40,000 nucleotides of DNA from Microcoleus vaginatus GB1-A2 (GCA_040004015.1 JAMPKS010000007.1:79756-119755); one strand, 5' to 3'. Shown: positions 26,540 to 35,745, numbered from the stretch's first letter. Numbers and translations: made by a program. Notes: generated by a model from the sequence alone, not told the origin.

Positions 26540-27043
26540 TTAATTATCTTTTCCTCCGGCAGCTTTATGATAAGCAATGATAGATTCAATCAATTGAACT
26601 AGGCGATAGAAATCTGGTGAGTCTTTAACTTTGTCGATCGCTTCTGAAATCACGTCGCTCAGTGGTTTCACAGGATTGCTGCGACGATCTTGTTGCCGAA
26701 CCGCAGCATAAGCTAACTTTGGCTTTAGTAGAAACAGCTCATCCTCAATGACAGAAAAACTCTCTTTTTTATCTTGAGCAAGTTTGACTTTGAGACGCTT
26801 AACAGCATCCAAAAACTTGCGAATTTGGTTAGTTTTTAATTCTTGCTCCTTGAGATATGTCCCTAGTAACTCTGCCTCCTTAACCAGTTGGCGAATTTCG
26901 TAATTTCGCAACTGTCCATCCTTTAAACTGCGGATAGTTTGAATCATTTGTTGGTCAGCACTCAAATCAGTTTGATTTCTGAGTTGCCCCTGAATCGCTC
27001 TCTGTTCCTGTCTGGTGTTGGGTCTATTAGCTGGATTTGTCAT
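26540..27043 (-). CDS. csm2: Csm2-like small subunit (Cas11)
   Basis: It contains TNQIRKFLDAV, LKPKLAYAAVRQ and LIESIIAYHKAAGG. The likely start is the internal ATG at 27043 (MTNPANR), which overlaps the cas10 end by 17 nt. The track ORF extends to 27103. Confidence 0.7.
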   Translation of the reverse strand: MTNPANRPNTRQEQRAIQGQLRNQTDLSADQQMIQTIRSLKDGQLRNYEIRQLVKEAELLGTYLKEQELKTNQIRKFLDAVKRLKVKLAQDKKESFSVIEDELFLLKPKLAYAAVRQQDRRSNPVKPLSDVISEAIDKVKDSPDFYRLVQLIESIIAYHKAAGGKDN

Positions 27044-29354
27044 CGTTTTCAGCGCGGTTGAGTAGTTCAATCCAAGTTGCGATCGCCCCGAAATAAGGTG
27101 CATTGTACGGACTCATCAGAGATTTTCGTACAGGTTTCTGAAGCTCTTCAGGCAATCGCGCGATGGTGTAAGCTATTTGAGGTAGGTGCAAATAATATCG
27201 AATATCTTTCTCTTCATTTTCATAATCAACTTTTCTCCTTTTAGTTTTGATATCCTCAATCATTTGCTCTTGCATTTGAGATGTTAGTAAAAGATTCCGT
27301 ACAAAACTGCGAGAGTAAATTTTCTCCAACGGATCTAGGAACTTTTGGACAAAAGGCAAGACACCAAATAAACTCAGCGTTTCCCCTGTTCCCAAATATT
27401 CTTGGGTTTTAGAGTCAATCTCTGCGATATCTGCTAGTTTAATATCTCTTGCTCCCAACCACTGGCTCCACTTGAACACTTTGTTATCAAATAATCCGAA
27501 ACTATCGCGACCATTATCTTTAGCAGCATCCTCAGCTTTTTCGGCTAACTTTGCAGCTTGATATAGTGGAAACTTTTCTTTTTCGATACTAATGCCACCG
27601 GACAAAGTAATATCTGGGTTATTCCCTGTATAAGCGCGAAAACTTTGATATACATCAAAAGCAAAATCAACTATTTCATCCCAAGCGCCGCTGACAAATA
27701 AATCATCACCTCCTGCATAAATAAATAATAAATTTTCTCGTGACTCTTTGTTTAAAACAATAGCACTATCGGCGAGATTAGCTAGACGGTTTTTTGCCAA
27801 ACTGTTGAGATAGACTTTAAAAAAGTAACTCATTTGGCGAGAAAGCCCCGCCAATCTCGGCAATGTTTGGTTCTCACCCAAACCCTCAGCAAAAATTCGC
27901 CCCAGTCTGTCTACATCCATCCGCAAATAGCCAACTCTAGAAATTCCCTTAGCTTTCTCTGCCATCTCATTCGCTCGGATGAAACCCGATTCTTCTTGGC
28001 TGAGCTGACCATAATTTCCTAAAAGTAACGGAACTATATTTTGAGTTTCAGCATCTCGATATTCTTGAAGATTCCAATTGTTGATAAAGAAAACATTTTT
28101 CTCCCCCTCAACTTCATCTATCTGTGCCCGCTCAGGTAGAAGGTAATAGTAAGCTTTAGGAAATGAAATTCTAAAAGCACTTGAGACTTTTTGCTGAGGT
28201 GGATGCCTTTTGTCCTGTCGCACAAGAGCCTCAACTTTAAATAGTTTACCACCCAAGCGAAACATCCGGCGACAAGTTGAACAAGCCTGTACGGAATCAG
28301 GTCGATCGGTATTTAAGTTTTCCAACTTCTTCACATCATCTCGATGACAAACTTGGCACTTGTCATAGCTACGACGCGGGCGAATAAAATAGTTTATCTC
28401 CTCAGCAAACTTCCGAGATTTCTGGGGAGTCAGTTTTTTCGTAACTGTTGACCAGTGCTTAGCAAAGTCTTTTTGACTGACATCTTTAACTGGAAATGTG
28501 ATGTAGTCAAGAGCCAAAAAGACTTTACCCTGGAAGTTTCCTAGCAACCATTTGTTGAATTCTCTGTGGACTCTGTTTAAAACAAGTTTTGTGTCTTGAG
28601 TAGCAGCCGCTAATAAATATAAATTACCGCCACCCGCATAAATAACATTAGTACGTGGTAACTTTAACTCTTCCAAAAGCTGCTGAACAATTTCTTCAGT
28701 GACTAATTCCAAATAAAAACTCCGAGCGCGGAGAGATTTCAGCGCACCGTCAGAAGCAATGGTGTAAATAAACTTTTGAATTCCCGATAAATCACCGGCA
28801 ATTAAACCGACCGCAGTTGCATCAGGATTGTCAACCAAAGCAGATGCTACGGCCGCAGTCGATCGCACCATATCTATCAAAGCAATATTCCGCTCGCCAA
28901 AACTGAGACAAGAAGCGTACTTCTCTAAAATCAGAGTTAGCAGTGATAAATTTTGCCAGTCTTGTTCCCGAAGATTTTCTAACTCGGGTCTGACAATTGT
29001 TTTATACGCTTCTAAATCGGGAGGTGCTTTCAGCGGATAAGGAATAGGCGGGTAAGAATCATCGCTAGCTTCGATCGCCTTTGGCGGACAATAGTGTTGC
29101 TGATTTCGTTCGTTACCCTCTGACAATTTGACAGCATCAAATAGCAACTCCAAGTAACTGATTTCTGTCTTTTCCCATGAAAATAGTTTTGGCGTTTTTT
29201 TCGATGACAATAATTCTTTCGCTTTATCAACGGCTTCAGTCACCCTTGGCTCTTTTGAAAGTTGACAGCCATCGGGTAATTTCGCCTCAGCCCAATCTGC
29301 TAAAGCGCAGATAGCTTGCTGGATAACTTGGAGAGCAACTTCTTGTGATGTCAT
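27027..29354 (-). CDS. cas10: Cas10 (Csm1-type large subunit) with an intact GGDD cyclase motif and no recognisable HD motifs
   Basis: It contains GDLSGIQKFIY and IYAGGGNLYLL (Palm1), a CxxC...CxxC zinc module (CQVCHRDD...CSTCRRMF), and IYAGGDDLFVSG (GGDD at 27702-27713). The N-terminal 170 aa lack an HD dyad, and the position that normally reads S-L-x-D-H reads IALIDMVRST. Confidence 0.85.
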   Translation of the reverse strand: MTSQEVALQVIQQAICALADWAEAKLPDGCQLSKEPRVTEAVDKAKELLSSKKTPKLFSWEKTEISYLELLFDAVKLSEGNERNQQHYCPPKAIEASDDSYPPIPYPLKAPPDLEAYKTIVRPELENLREQDWQNLSLLTLILEKYASCLSFGERNIALIDMVRSTAAVASALVDNPDATAVGLIAGDLSGIQKFIYTIASDGALKSLRARSFYLELVTEEIVQQLLEELKLPRTNVIYAGGGNLYLLAAATQDTKLVLNRVHREFNKWLLGNFQGKVFLALDYITFPVKDVSQKDFAKHWSTVTKKLTPQKSRKFAEEINYFIRPRRSYDKCQVCHRDDVKKLENLNTDRPDSVQACSTCRRMFRLGGKLFKVEALVRQDKRHPPQQKVSSAFRISFPKAYYYLLPERAQIDEVEGEKNVFFINNWNLQEYRDAETQNIVPLLLGNYGQLSQEESGFIRANEMAEKAKGISRVGYLRMDVDRLGRIFAEGLGENQTLPRLAGLSRQMSYFFKVYLNSLAKNRLANLADSAIVLNKESRENLLFIYAGGDDLFVSGAWDEIVDFAFDVYQSFRAYTGNNPDITLSGGISIEKEKFPLYQAAKLAEKAEDAAKDNGRDSFGLFDNKVFKWSQWLGARDIKLADIAEIDSKTQEYLGTGETLSLFGVLPFVQKFLDPLEKIYSRSFVRNLLLTSQMQEQMIEDIKTKRRKVDYENEEKDIRYYLHLPQIAYTIARLPEELQKPVRKSLMSPYNAPYFGAIATWIELLNRAENDDKSS

Positions 29355-29386
29355 ATCTAAAACTTCCTCAATTACCTAGCGAACTA

Positions 29387-29692
29387 TCAATCAACTAAGT
29401 CACCCAAATTATACTCAGGATTGTGAGTAATAGCAATTACATATTTTCCCAATTTGGGATCGAAAACTCCAACTGCACCGTAAAGATGAGAAACTTTGTG
29501 AGCCAAAACACAAGCTACAGGTATAGATGTCGGCCCATTAATTTTAATTAGCCGCCCTCCCGACAATTCCCCAGAATTGCTCATTTCTGCCAAACGAGCC
29601 GCCGCATCTCGCACAATTTGGTCGTTTTGAGCAGCTTCTCCAAATCCAATTTTTAACACTTCACCCTGAAGTTCAATCTTGTAAGTAGTCAT
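29387..29692 (-). CDS. csx3: Csx3 (Crn3-type cyclic-oligoadenylate ring nuclease family)
   Basis: The 101-aa ORF reads LIKINGPTSIPVACVLAHKVSHLYGAVGVFDPKLGKYVIAITHNPEYNLGDLV. This aligns by eye with my recollection of the Archaeoglobus fulgidus Csx3 core (ISGRGPIWLHCFLAHKYHH..VAVYDPRLGAVVVQSHS...GDVI). Confidence 0.7.
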   Translation of the reverse strand: MTTYKIELQGEVLKIGFGEAAQNDQIVRDAAARLAEMSNSGELSGGRLIKINGPTSIPVACVLAHKVSHLYGAVGVFDPKLGKYVIAITHNPEYNLGDLVD

Positions 29693-29730
29693 CAGCTCTT
29701 CCCACTCGATCTCCCGGATTATTGCATACT

Positions 29731-29752
29731 ATCGGAAATACCCCCTTCCGAT
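29731..29752. promoter_or_regulatory. Inverted repeat ATCGGAA-N8-TTCCGAT in the 103-bp divergent csx3 / WYL-regulator intergenic region (candidate operator)
   Basis: The palindrome was read directly. It is the only obvious dyad in the divergent promoter region. Confidence 0.35.
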
Positions 29753-29795
29753 CGCCCTTACGCTATAAAACACAATTTAAATCCCTCAACCCACC

Positions 29796-31217
29796 ATGAA
29801 CCCAACATTTCGCAATCCGCCACACCCCAGACTCCTAGAGGATTTCGCCAACGGAACTCTCGACCAAATGCAAAATCTCACCCGCGCCATCAGGTTATGG
29901 GTTTTGGTAAGTTGGCTGTACAGCGACGAGGGATATATTGCCCTTAGCAGTCCCTTTACCTATGCTGATTGGCGCGAAGCTTTCTTTGGCGAGAATTACA
30001 AAGATGAAAAGCAGGAAGATATTATTAACTATTCAGACCCGAATTGTGCTTGCAACAAAACAACGCAACAGTGGTTGAGAAAATGGAATGTATCTGTAAA
30101 CGAGTGGCGGCAATGTTTACAAAAACAAATAGCTATTGCCGATGCTGATTTAGACAAGCTCTTAGCAGAAAAGTTATTCGCTCAGGTGCGAAAATCGCTG
30201 CAAAATGACTTCGATTTATTGGTGGAGCGGCATTTGCTGCAACGGTTAACCAGGGTGACGGGTAGAAGTAAAAACTACCGCCGAGTTGACATAATACCGC
30301 CAATTTCCCGCCCAACAGAAAACCCCAATACAGACAGCAATTTGACTCCAAAAACACAGGCTTATCTCGCTGCTACTTTGGGGATGTTTAGTTTTCTCGA
30401 CCCGAGTTTGCCTTTATTAGCCGACCAATTTTCAGAAGAGGTAGTTGATGAAGACAATCACCGCGTCTTTTTGTACGTTGATTATCTCGTACCCGAATCT
30501 AGTCCCATGCAAGATGCTGTCGATCAATTTCAGAGCGAATTGCAGGAAATGTGGGATTCTCAAAATATCGCTCCTTTGCTATTAACTTATCGCAGCGCTC
30601 ATCAAAATCAGATTAAGGAGTGCGTTGTTTATCCTGTTTGTATTTACTTTATGGATCGAGCTAAATATTTGTGTGCCTACGGCAGCACCCCCAGAGGTGA
30701 AATTAATTGGTACAAATATCGGCTCGATCGCATAATTTCAAAACGTCTAGAATCCTTGGATTGGCAAGATTCTCGGGTTCCCCAATTACTCAAGGAGAAA
30801 TATCAGGAAAATAACCTGCCCACTCCCAAAACAGTTAACGATATGTTAAAGGAAGCTTGGGGCTGCGATTTTTATAAAGAAACTGCGCTGATGGTATTGC
30901 GGTTCGATCGCACTTTTCATCAAAGTTATATGCAGGGAATCAGCATTCACCATACCTGTACCGCCATAGAGCCCGATCGCGCCGCCACATTAATCACACA
31001 ATATACTCCCAACCCAGAACATCGATCGGCACTTTTACAAATCCTCCAGTCTCGCCCAACCGACGATGCTTACTACCAAGTCACTTACCGAGAGACAGAC
31101 TACTACCCGCTGAGGTGGTTGCGAGCTTTGGGTTCAGAAGTCGAAATTCTGCTACCTTGGGACTTGCGACAGAAAATGGCCGTAGAAATCCAAAAAACTC
31201 GGAACTTGTACCAATAG
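29796..31217 (+). CDS. CRISPR-associated WYL-domain regulator (resembles the cyanobacterial TIGR03985-type family)
   Basis: The 473-aa ORF has a WYL-type core (VVYPVCIYFMDRAKYLCAYG...INWYKYRLDRI) and a C-terminal VEILLPWDLRQKMAVEI segment typical of WYL regulators. It is transcribed divergently from the type III operon. Confidence 0.7.
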   Translation: MNPTFRNPPHPRLLEDFANGTLDQMQNLTRAIRLWVLVSWLYSDEGYIALSSPFTYADWREAFFGENYKDEKQEDIINYSDPNCACNKTTQQWLRKWNVSVNEWRQCLQKQIAIADADLDKLLAEKLFAQVRKSLQNDFDLLVERHLLQRLTRVTGRSKNYRRVDIIPPISRPTENPNTDSNLTPKTQAYLAATLGMFSFLDPSLPLLADQFSEEVVDEDNHRVFLYVDYLVPESSPMQDAVDQFQSELQEMWDSQNIAPLLLTYRSAHQNQIKECVVYPVCIYFMDRAKYLCAYGSTPRGEINWYKYRLDRIISKRLESLDWQDSRVPQLLKEKYQENNLPTPKTVNDMLKEAWGCDFYKETALMVLRFDRTFHQSYMQGISIHHTCTAIEPDRAATLITQYTPNPEHRSALLQILQSRPTDDAYYQVTYRETDYYPLRWLRALGSEVEILLPWDLRQKMAVEIQKTRNLYQ

Positions 31218-31245
31218 TCTTTTGCTCGATAATTATCAAAGCTAT

Positions 31246-31297
31246 TGTGGAAAACTTGCTGATTTCTGTGGAAAACCCCCCTTTTCCTGTGGAAAAC
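31246..31297 (+). repeat. Three direct copies of TGTGGAAAAC spaced exactly 21 bp apart
   Basis: The copies lie at 31246-31255, 31267-31276 and 31288-31297, starting 29 nt after the WYL gene stop. Confidence 0.9.
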
Positions 31298-31313
31298 TAG
31301 CACTAAATTAAGT

Positions 31314-31368
31314 GCGATCGCTTTAATTCCATTGATAGCATTTAAAAAATTAAAGGAATTGCGATCGC
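31314..31368. repeat. HIP1-bounded hairpin (GCGATCGC-TTT-AATTCC ... GGAATT-GCGATCGC)
   Basis: It has a 14-bp stem with a 3-nt bulge and a 24-nt AT-rich loop, and lies between the convergent WYL and CDF genes. Confidence 0.6.
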
Positions 31369-31502
31369 AAAAACCGCCTTCCTCCTTCATCCCTCAACCT
31401 GCTGTTTGCTGGAAATACAGCCTAAATATTTCCTCCTTCACATCCATCCTCTTCCAGCTTCAGTCTATCCGTTACATCCTTTAAATCCCTTACACTCATC
31501 CG

Positions 31503-32474
31503 TTACCGAACTTCACGCTTAACTTCTTCCTTCTCTTGAGAATCGTAGCTAATTTGGTCGGAATGGTAAGCCGGCGGCTCAACGTGAATTAAGATGCGTA
31601 CAGGGCTGAAACGTTCTTCCAAACGGGCTTCTACTTCTTCTGTAATCCGGTGAGCTGTTTCTACATCGACAGCATCCACAATCATGTGCATCTCAATAAA
31701 TACTTGACGCCCTACCACACCGCGGGAGGCGATCGAGTGACAGTTGACAACCCCCGGTACATCGATCGCGATCGCGTGAATAACTTCCGGTGCGATCGCC
31801 ATTTCATCCACCAACCAAGGCAGATTTTCCCTTAAAACCTTCCAACCGCTGCTAAATACCAAAACAGCCACAGGAAAAGACAAAAACACATCCAGGAATT
31901 GCAGTTGAGGTATATTCCAAACCTGCCCTTGCCAAACACCAATCAACCCGCCGATGACCATAATTGTCACCCAAACATCGCTCATCGTGTGCTGAGCGTC
32001 AGCCACTAAAATCGCGCTACCGAGACGTTGGCCAACTCTGCGCTCGTAAAAAGTGACAAAAATATTAATCCCCAGTACAATCAGCAAAATCCACAGTTCA
32101 TTTGGGGATATTTTGACAACTTTACCCCCGTTAATCAGCCTTTCGACAGCACCGCTTAGAATTTCAAAACAGGCAATTCCCAGAAAAGCAGCAATTCCCA
32201 GAGCTCCGAGAGCATCAAATTTTTGGTGTCCGTAGGGATGATCGCGATCGGGCTGCGGATTGGCATAATGATTAGTTACCAATCCTAAAATATTATTAGC
32301 GCTGTCCGTGACGCTGTGCAAAGCATCTGCCAGCAAACTGAGGGAACCAGTCAGCCATCCCACGGCTGCTTTAATTGCCATCACCAGCAAATTGAGCAAT
32401 AAAGTAATTATTAAAACCTTGCGGACTTCGGAACGGTTATCGGCAACCATAAACTCTCCTCGATCTGCCGTCAA
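31503..32474 (-). CDS. Cation diffusion facilitator (CDF) family metal efflux transporter
   Basis: It has six hydrophobic segments, the motifs LLADALHSVTDSANN and HPYGHQKFDALG, and a C-terminal cytoplasmic domain (VNCHSIASRGVVGRQVFIEMHMIVD). Confidence 0.85.
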   Translation of the reverse strand: MTADRGEFMVADNRSEVRKVLIITLLLNLLVMAIKAAVGWLTGSLSLLADALHSVTDSANNILGLVTNHYANPQPDRDHPYGHQKFDALGALGIAAFLGIACFEILSGAVERLINGGKVVKISPNELWILLIVLGINIFVTFYERRVGQRLGSAILVADAQHTMSDVWVTIMVIGGLIGVWQGQVWNIPQLQFLDVFLSFPVAVLVFSSGWKVLRENLPWLVDEMAIAPEVIHAIAIDVPGVVNCHSIASRGVVGRQVFIEMHMIVDAVDVETAHRITEEVEARLEERFSPVRILIHVEPPAYHSDQISYDSQEKEEVKREVR

Positions 32475-32685
32475 GTTTTCTGGTTTCTAGTTTAAAGCTT
32501 ATCAAATCATAACAGGTTAAAACTCTTGCGGAATCAAGCTTGCGACTAGATTTATATTCATTAATTTAGCCTAGCTTCTTGAGACAATTTTTAATTAATA
32601 CCAATTTCGCAGTCCAATTGAGCGGGAATGTACTTCTTTTGGGTTACTATATTTTTTATCATTAACAATCGTATGTTAAATTTCA

Positions 32686-33039
32686 TTGCCCATGTCTCTT
32701 TCTCCGCTGACACTGAATTTAGTCGAAGGTTCTGTCTCCTTTAGCTTTTCCCCGCAAGCCGCGCGGGATTTGCAAAGCGCGATCGCCGCTTTGATGGAAA
32801 GCTTGAAAGCTGTAGCCGCCAAAACTGCTGGCGGCAAAGCTTCTCCCCTGAAACCTATGGAATATCGGTATGCAGGAGATGTATTTTTGGAAGTTTTCTG
32901 CAATCCGAATATCTGGCCAACTCCTTTTGCTGCAAAAGTGCTGATTACGGTTAGGGACGATCGCGTGCGCGTGACCACCGAAGCCGAACTCAGCCGCCTG
33001 CGCGACGATCTCGCTCAGTATATCGAACAAGTCGGTTGA
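32686..33039 (+). CDS. Hypothetical protein
   Basis: Of three overlapping ORFs, only this one has a protein-like composition (…EAELSRLRDDLAQYIEQVG). It is followed by a strong hairpin. No family was recognised. Confidence 0.5.
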   Translation: MPMSLSPLTLNLVEGSVSFSFSPQAARDLQSAIAALMESLKAVAAKTAGGKASPLKPMEYRYAGDVFLEVFCNPNIWPTPFAAKVLITVRDDRVRVTTEAELSRLRDDLAQYIEQVG

Positions 33040-33089
33040 GATTCTCAACCTGAAACGCTCTTGTTTTAGATTCCCGACTTCTTGAAGAA

Positions 33090-33111
33090 GAACAGGCTTT
33101 CCGGCCTGTTC
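33090..33111. terminator. Bidirectional terminator-like hairpin (GAACAGGC-N6-GCCTGTTC)
   Basis: A perfect 8-bp GC-rich stem lies between convergent genes. A T-run (TTAATTTTTTT) follows on the + strand, and TTCTTCTTC follows on the - strand. Confidence 0.5.
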
Positions 33112-33153
33112 CACAAAGAGTTAATTTTTTTGTGGGGAGTAGGGGTTGGGCTT

Positions 33154-34011
33154 CTAGCCGGCCCCTGAAAGGCTTATTGAAAGGGGATAACTATCTGCCG
33201 GCGACGCCGACCATTCCCACATTGAACCTGCATAATTCTTAGCATTAAATCCCACATTTGTCAAGACACAAGTCAACCATGCAGAACGAATTCCCCCGGA
33301 GCAATAACTCACAATTTGAGTTGACTGCGAAACTCCTTTTTGCTGCAAAATAGCGACAATTTCCCCGCGATCCAGCAGTTTTCCCTGTTTGTCCATTAAC
33401 TGTTTGTAATAGAGGTGAACCGCACCGGGAATGTGACCGCCCCGCTTTTCTCCGTAAGGCGTTTTACCTGCATATTCTCGCGGCTCTCTAGCGTCAATAA
33501 CTGCTAAATTATCATCTCCTAAAATAGCTTTAAATTCATCCCGCTGAATTTCCCAATTCGAGCGGCGAGATATTACAAAATCTCCTGTTTTCGGTGGATT
33601 GTTTGCAGCTTTTACTCGATTAATTCCAGCTTTGATTAAAGCTCGATATCCTCCATCGACAAAAACTGCTTTTTCGTGTCCCAAAGTCCGCAACATCCAA
33701 ACAATTCGCCCGTCTTCGCCCCACCCTTTAACCGGATCGGCAACGACTATGACAGGTTGGTCTTGACAAATGCCCATTGCTTGCAGTTTTTGAGTTAAAA
33801 CTGTGTTATTTTCGAGGAGTTTTCCTTTGTCGGCAAAGTGCGATTGAGAAAATTCCTGCCAATTTACAGCAACAGCTTTCTGCAAGGGAGAAAACCACTT
33901 TAAAATAGGTTCGCGAACATCTAGCAAAGTAGCTCCTTGTTCCAGCAATTGCTTAGCTAAATCTGCGTTTACTATCCAATTATTTGCTAAATTACATAGT
34001 AAATTAGACAT
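33154..34011 (-). CDS. Tandem-rhodanese sulfurtransferase
   Basis: It has two rhodanese-like halves. The active-site loop YCSGGIRSAW is in the C-terminal domain, and GHIPGAV is present. Confidence 0.8.
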   Translation of the reverse strand: MSNLLCNLANNWIVNADLAKQLLEQGATLLDVREPILKWFSPLQKAVAVNWQEFSQSHFADKGKLLENNTVLTQKLQAMGICQDQPVIVVADPVKGWGEDGRIVWMLRTLGHEKAVFVDGGYRALIKAGINRVKAANNPPKTGDFVISRRSNWEIQRDEFKAILGDDNLAVIDAREPREYAGKTPYGEKRGGHIPGAVHLYYKQLMDKQGKLLDRGEIVAILQQKGVSQSTQIVSYCSGGIRSAWLTCVLTNVGFNAKNYAGSMWEWSASPADSYPLSISLSGAG

Positions 34012-34014
34012 TAT

Positions 34015-34536
34015 TTATTGAGCAACTTTTACTGTATTAGCAGCGCAGGCTAGAAGCCCTTTGGTATTAGTTGGATTAGGTGGTTTAATCTTGCCAGGAG
34101 CAGCATTTAGACACAAGATTGCTTGGGTAGTGTTTCCTACCAAAAAGACTCCTCCCACAAAACTTTTGAGATTAGCTTGCTTCGATACTCCGTAGTTAAA
34201 TACAGCACCTTTGTTCACCATGCCGATCGAGTAGCTGTAATTGGCTGCCTCAGGTTTAACTTGGAGACCGAGATAAACAAATAGATTGGAAACAGAACTT
34301 GTAAAGCCTGCTTTTTCAGCATAGTAAAGTTGCTGAGCTTTATTCATCGAACCCACAAATTGTTGGGCTTCTGATTCCTTAGCTTTAAGCGTTTGTGACA
34401 CTTGAGCTTCCGAGACAGGACTGAAAAGAACTGGCAGAGTTAGAGCTGCGATCGCAACTTTGAGCTGCCAGTTGCGGCTGCTAGAAATCCGGCTTAATTT
34501 CACAGACAACAGGTGGAATGAGCGGTTGAGGAACAT
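34015..34536 (-). CDS. Type IV pilin-like G/H family protein (cyanobacterial)
   Basis: It has an N-terminal hydrophobic segment followed by KESEAQQFVGSMNKAQQLYYAEKAGFTSSVSNL, which is typical of that family. Confidence 0.6.
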   Translation of the reverse strand: MFLNRSFHLLSVKLSRISSSRNWQLKVAIAALTLPVLFSPVSEAQVSQTLKAKESEAQQFVGSMNKAQQLYYAEKAGFTSSVSNLFVYLGLQVKPEAANYSYSIGMVNKGAVFNYGVSKQANLKSFVGGVFLVGNTTQAILCLNAAPGKIKPPNPTNTKGLLACAANTVKVAQ

Positions 34537-34540
34537 ATAA

Positions 34541-35602
34541 TTAAACTAATTGTTTTGCCTGAAACTGTTGCAACGCCCAAGGAGCAACCGTGCCGTGTTC
34601 TGTAATAATTCCTGAGATTAATTCGGCCGGAGTTACGTCAAAAGCGGGATTGTAAAATTCGACTCCCACAGGACAAATTCGCGTAGTTCCAACTTGATAC
34701 ATTTCAACTGGATCGCGTTCTTCAATAGGGATTTTGCTGCCGTCGGGAAGTTCAAAATCAATTGTTGACAGAGGAGCGGCGACAAAAAACGGGACGTTGT
34801 GAGCTTTGGCAACAATTGCTAAACTGTAAGTGCCAATTTTATTGGCGGCGTCGCCGTTAGCAGCGATTCTGTCTGCACCGACAACTACTGCGTGAATCAT
34901 GCCGAGTTTCATGCAGTGAGCGGCCATATTGTCGGCTATTAATGTGACGGGAATTCCTTCTTGCACGCATTCCCAAGTGGTGAGTTTTGCACCTTGGAGA
35001 CGCGGCCTAGTTTCGTCTGCAAAAACTCTTCCGAGTCTTCCTTCTCGCCAAGCAGAACGAAATACACCTAAAGCAGTACCGTAGCCTGCTGTTGCCAACG
35101 CACCTGCATTGCAGTGAGTTAGTAAGTTCAATTTTTCGGGTGTAGCTGGCAGAACTTCTAAACCTTTGTCGCCGATATCTTTACAAGTTTGCAAATCTTC
35201 TGCTTGAATGGTTTTGGCCATTTCTAACAAAGTTTTTTGCACTTGTTCAACAGAACCGCTAGTTCTCTCGGCTGTTTTGAGCATTCGCGATATTGCCCAA
35301 AACAAATTAACCGCCGTGGGACGAGTGGAACGCAATAACTCGCCAACTTGTTCTAATTTAGCGAGAAATTCGGTGCGATCGCCCGTGTCGATTTCTCGCG
35401 CCCCCAAATACATCCCGTAAGCTGCTGCTACCCCGATCGCCGGAGCACCTCGGACTATCATAGTTTTAATCGCCTCAGCCATATCTTCGCAGCGGCTAAT
35501 TTCGACTACACCGTATTCTTTCGGCAGTCGGTTTTGGTCAATTAGCAGAACTCGGTCTTCCATCCAAGTGACGGGGGAAACAGGGGAGTTTTGAGCGGTC
35601 AT
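34541..35602 (-). CDS. mtnA: S-methyl-5-thioribose-1-phosphate isomerase
   Basis: It contains [60 protein letters not shown] and [18 protein letters not shown]. Confidence 0.9.
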   Translation of the reverse strand: MTAQNSPVSPVTWMEDRVLLIDQNRLPKEYGVVEISRCEDMAEAIKTMIVRGAPAIGVAAAYGMYLGAREIDTGDRTEFLAKLEQVGELLRSTRPTAVNLFWAISRMLKTAERTSGSVEQVQKTLLEMAKTIQAEDLQTCKDIGDKGLEVLPATPEKLNLLTHCNAGALATAGYGTALGVFRSAWREGRLGRVFADETRPRLQGAKLTTWECVQEGIPVTLIADNMAAHCMKLGMIHAVVVGADRIAANGDAANKIGTYSLAIVAKAHNVPFFVAAPLSTIDFELPDGSKIPIEERDPVEMYQVGTTRICPVGVEFYNPAFDVTPAELISGIITEHGTVAPWALQQFQAKQLV

Positions 35603-35745
35603 CGATTTTAATTATGTGAACGACAAGTTTATATGATGCCACGAAGGCGGGTCTTCCTCTATGTTATGAGGGTTTACGAATATTTGCACTGGGAATCCGA
35701 GTTTTGGGTAAACCCGCCCCGCAGTAGATTGGGATGCTTTCGTTA

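Noticed and set aside
31246-31297. Possible degenerate CRISPR array or leader for the adjacent type III operon
   Set aside because: Only a 10-11-bp core is conserved at a 21-bp period. CRISPR repeats would be 28-40 bp with 30-45-bp spacers.
32676-33114. Minus-strand ORFs of 100 aa and 131 aa overlapping the 117-aa + strand ORF
   Set aside because: Their composition is poor and they have no motifs. The + strand ORF has more protein-like sequence and is followed by a terminator hairpin.
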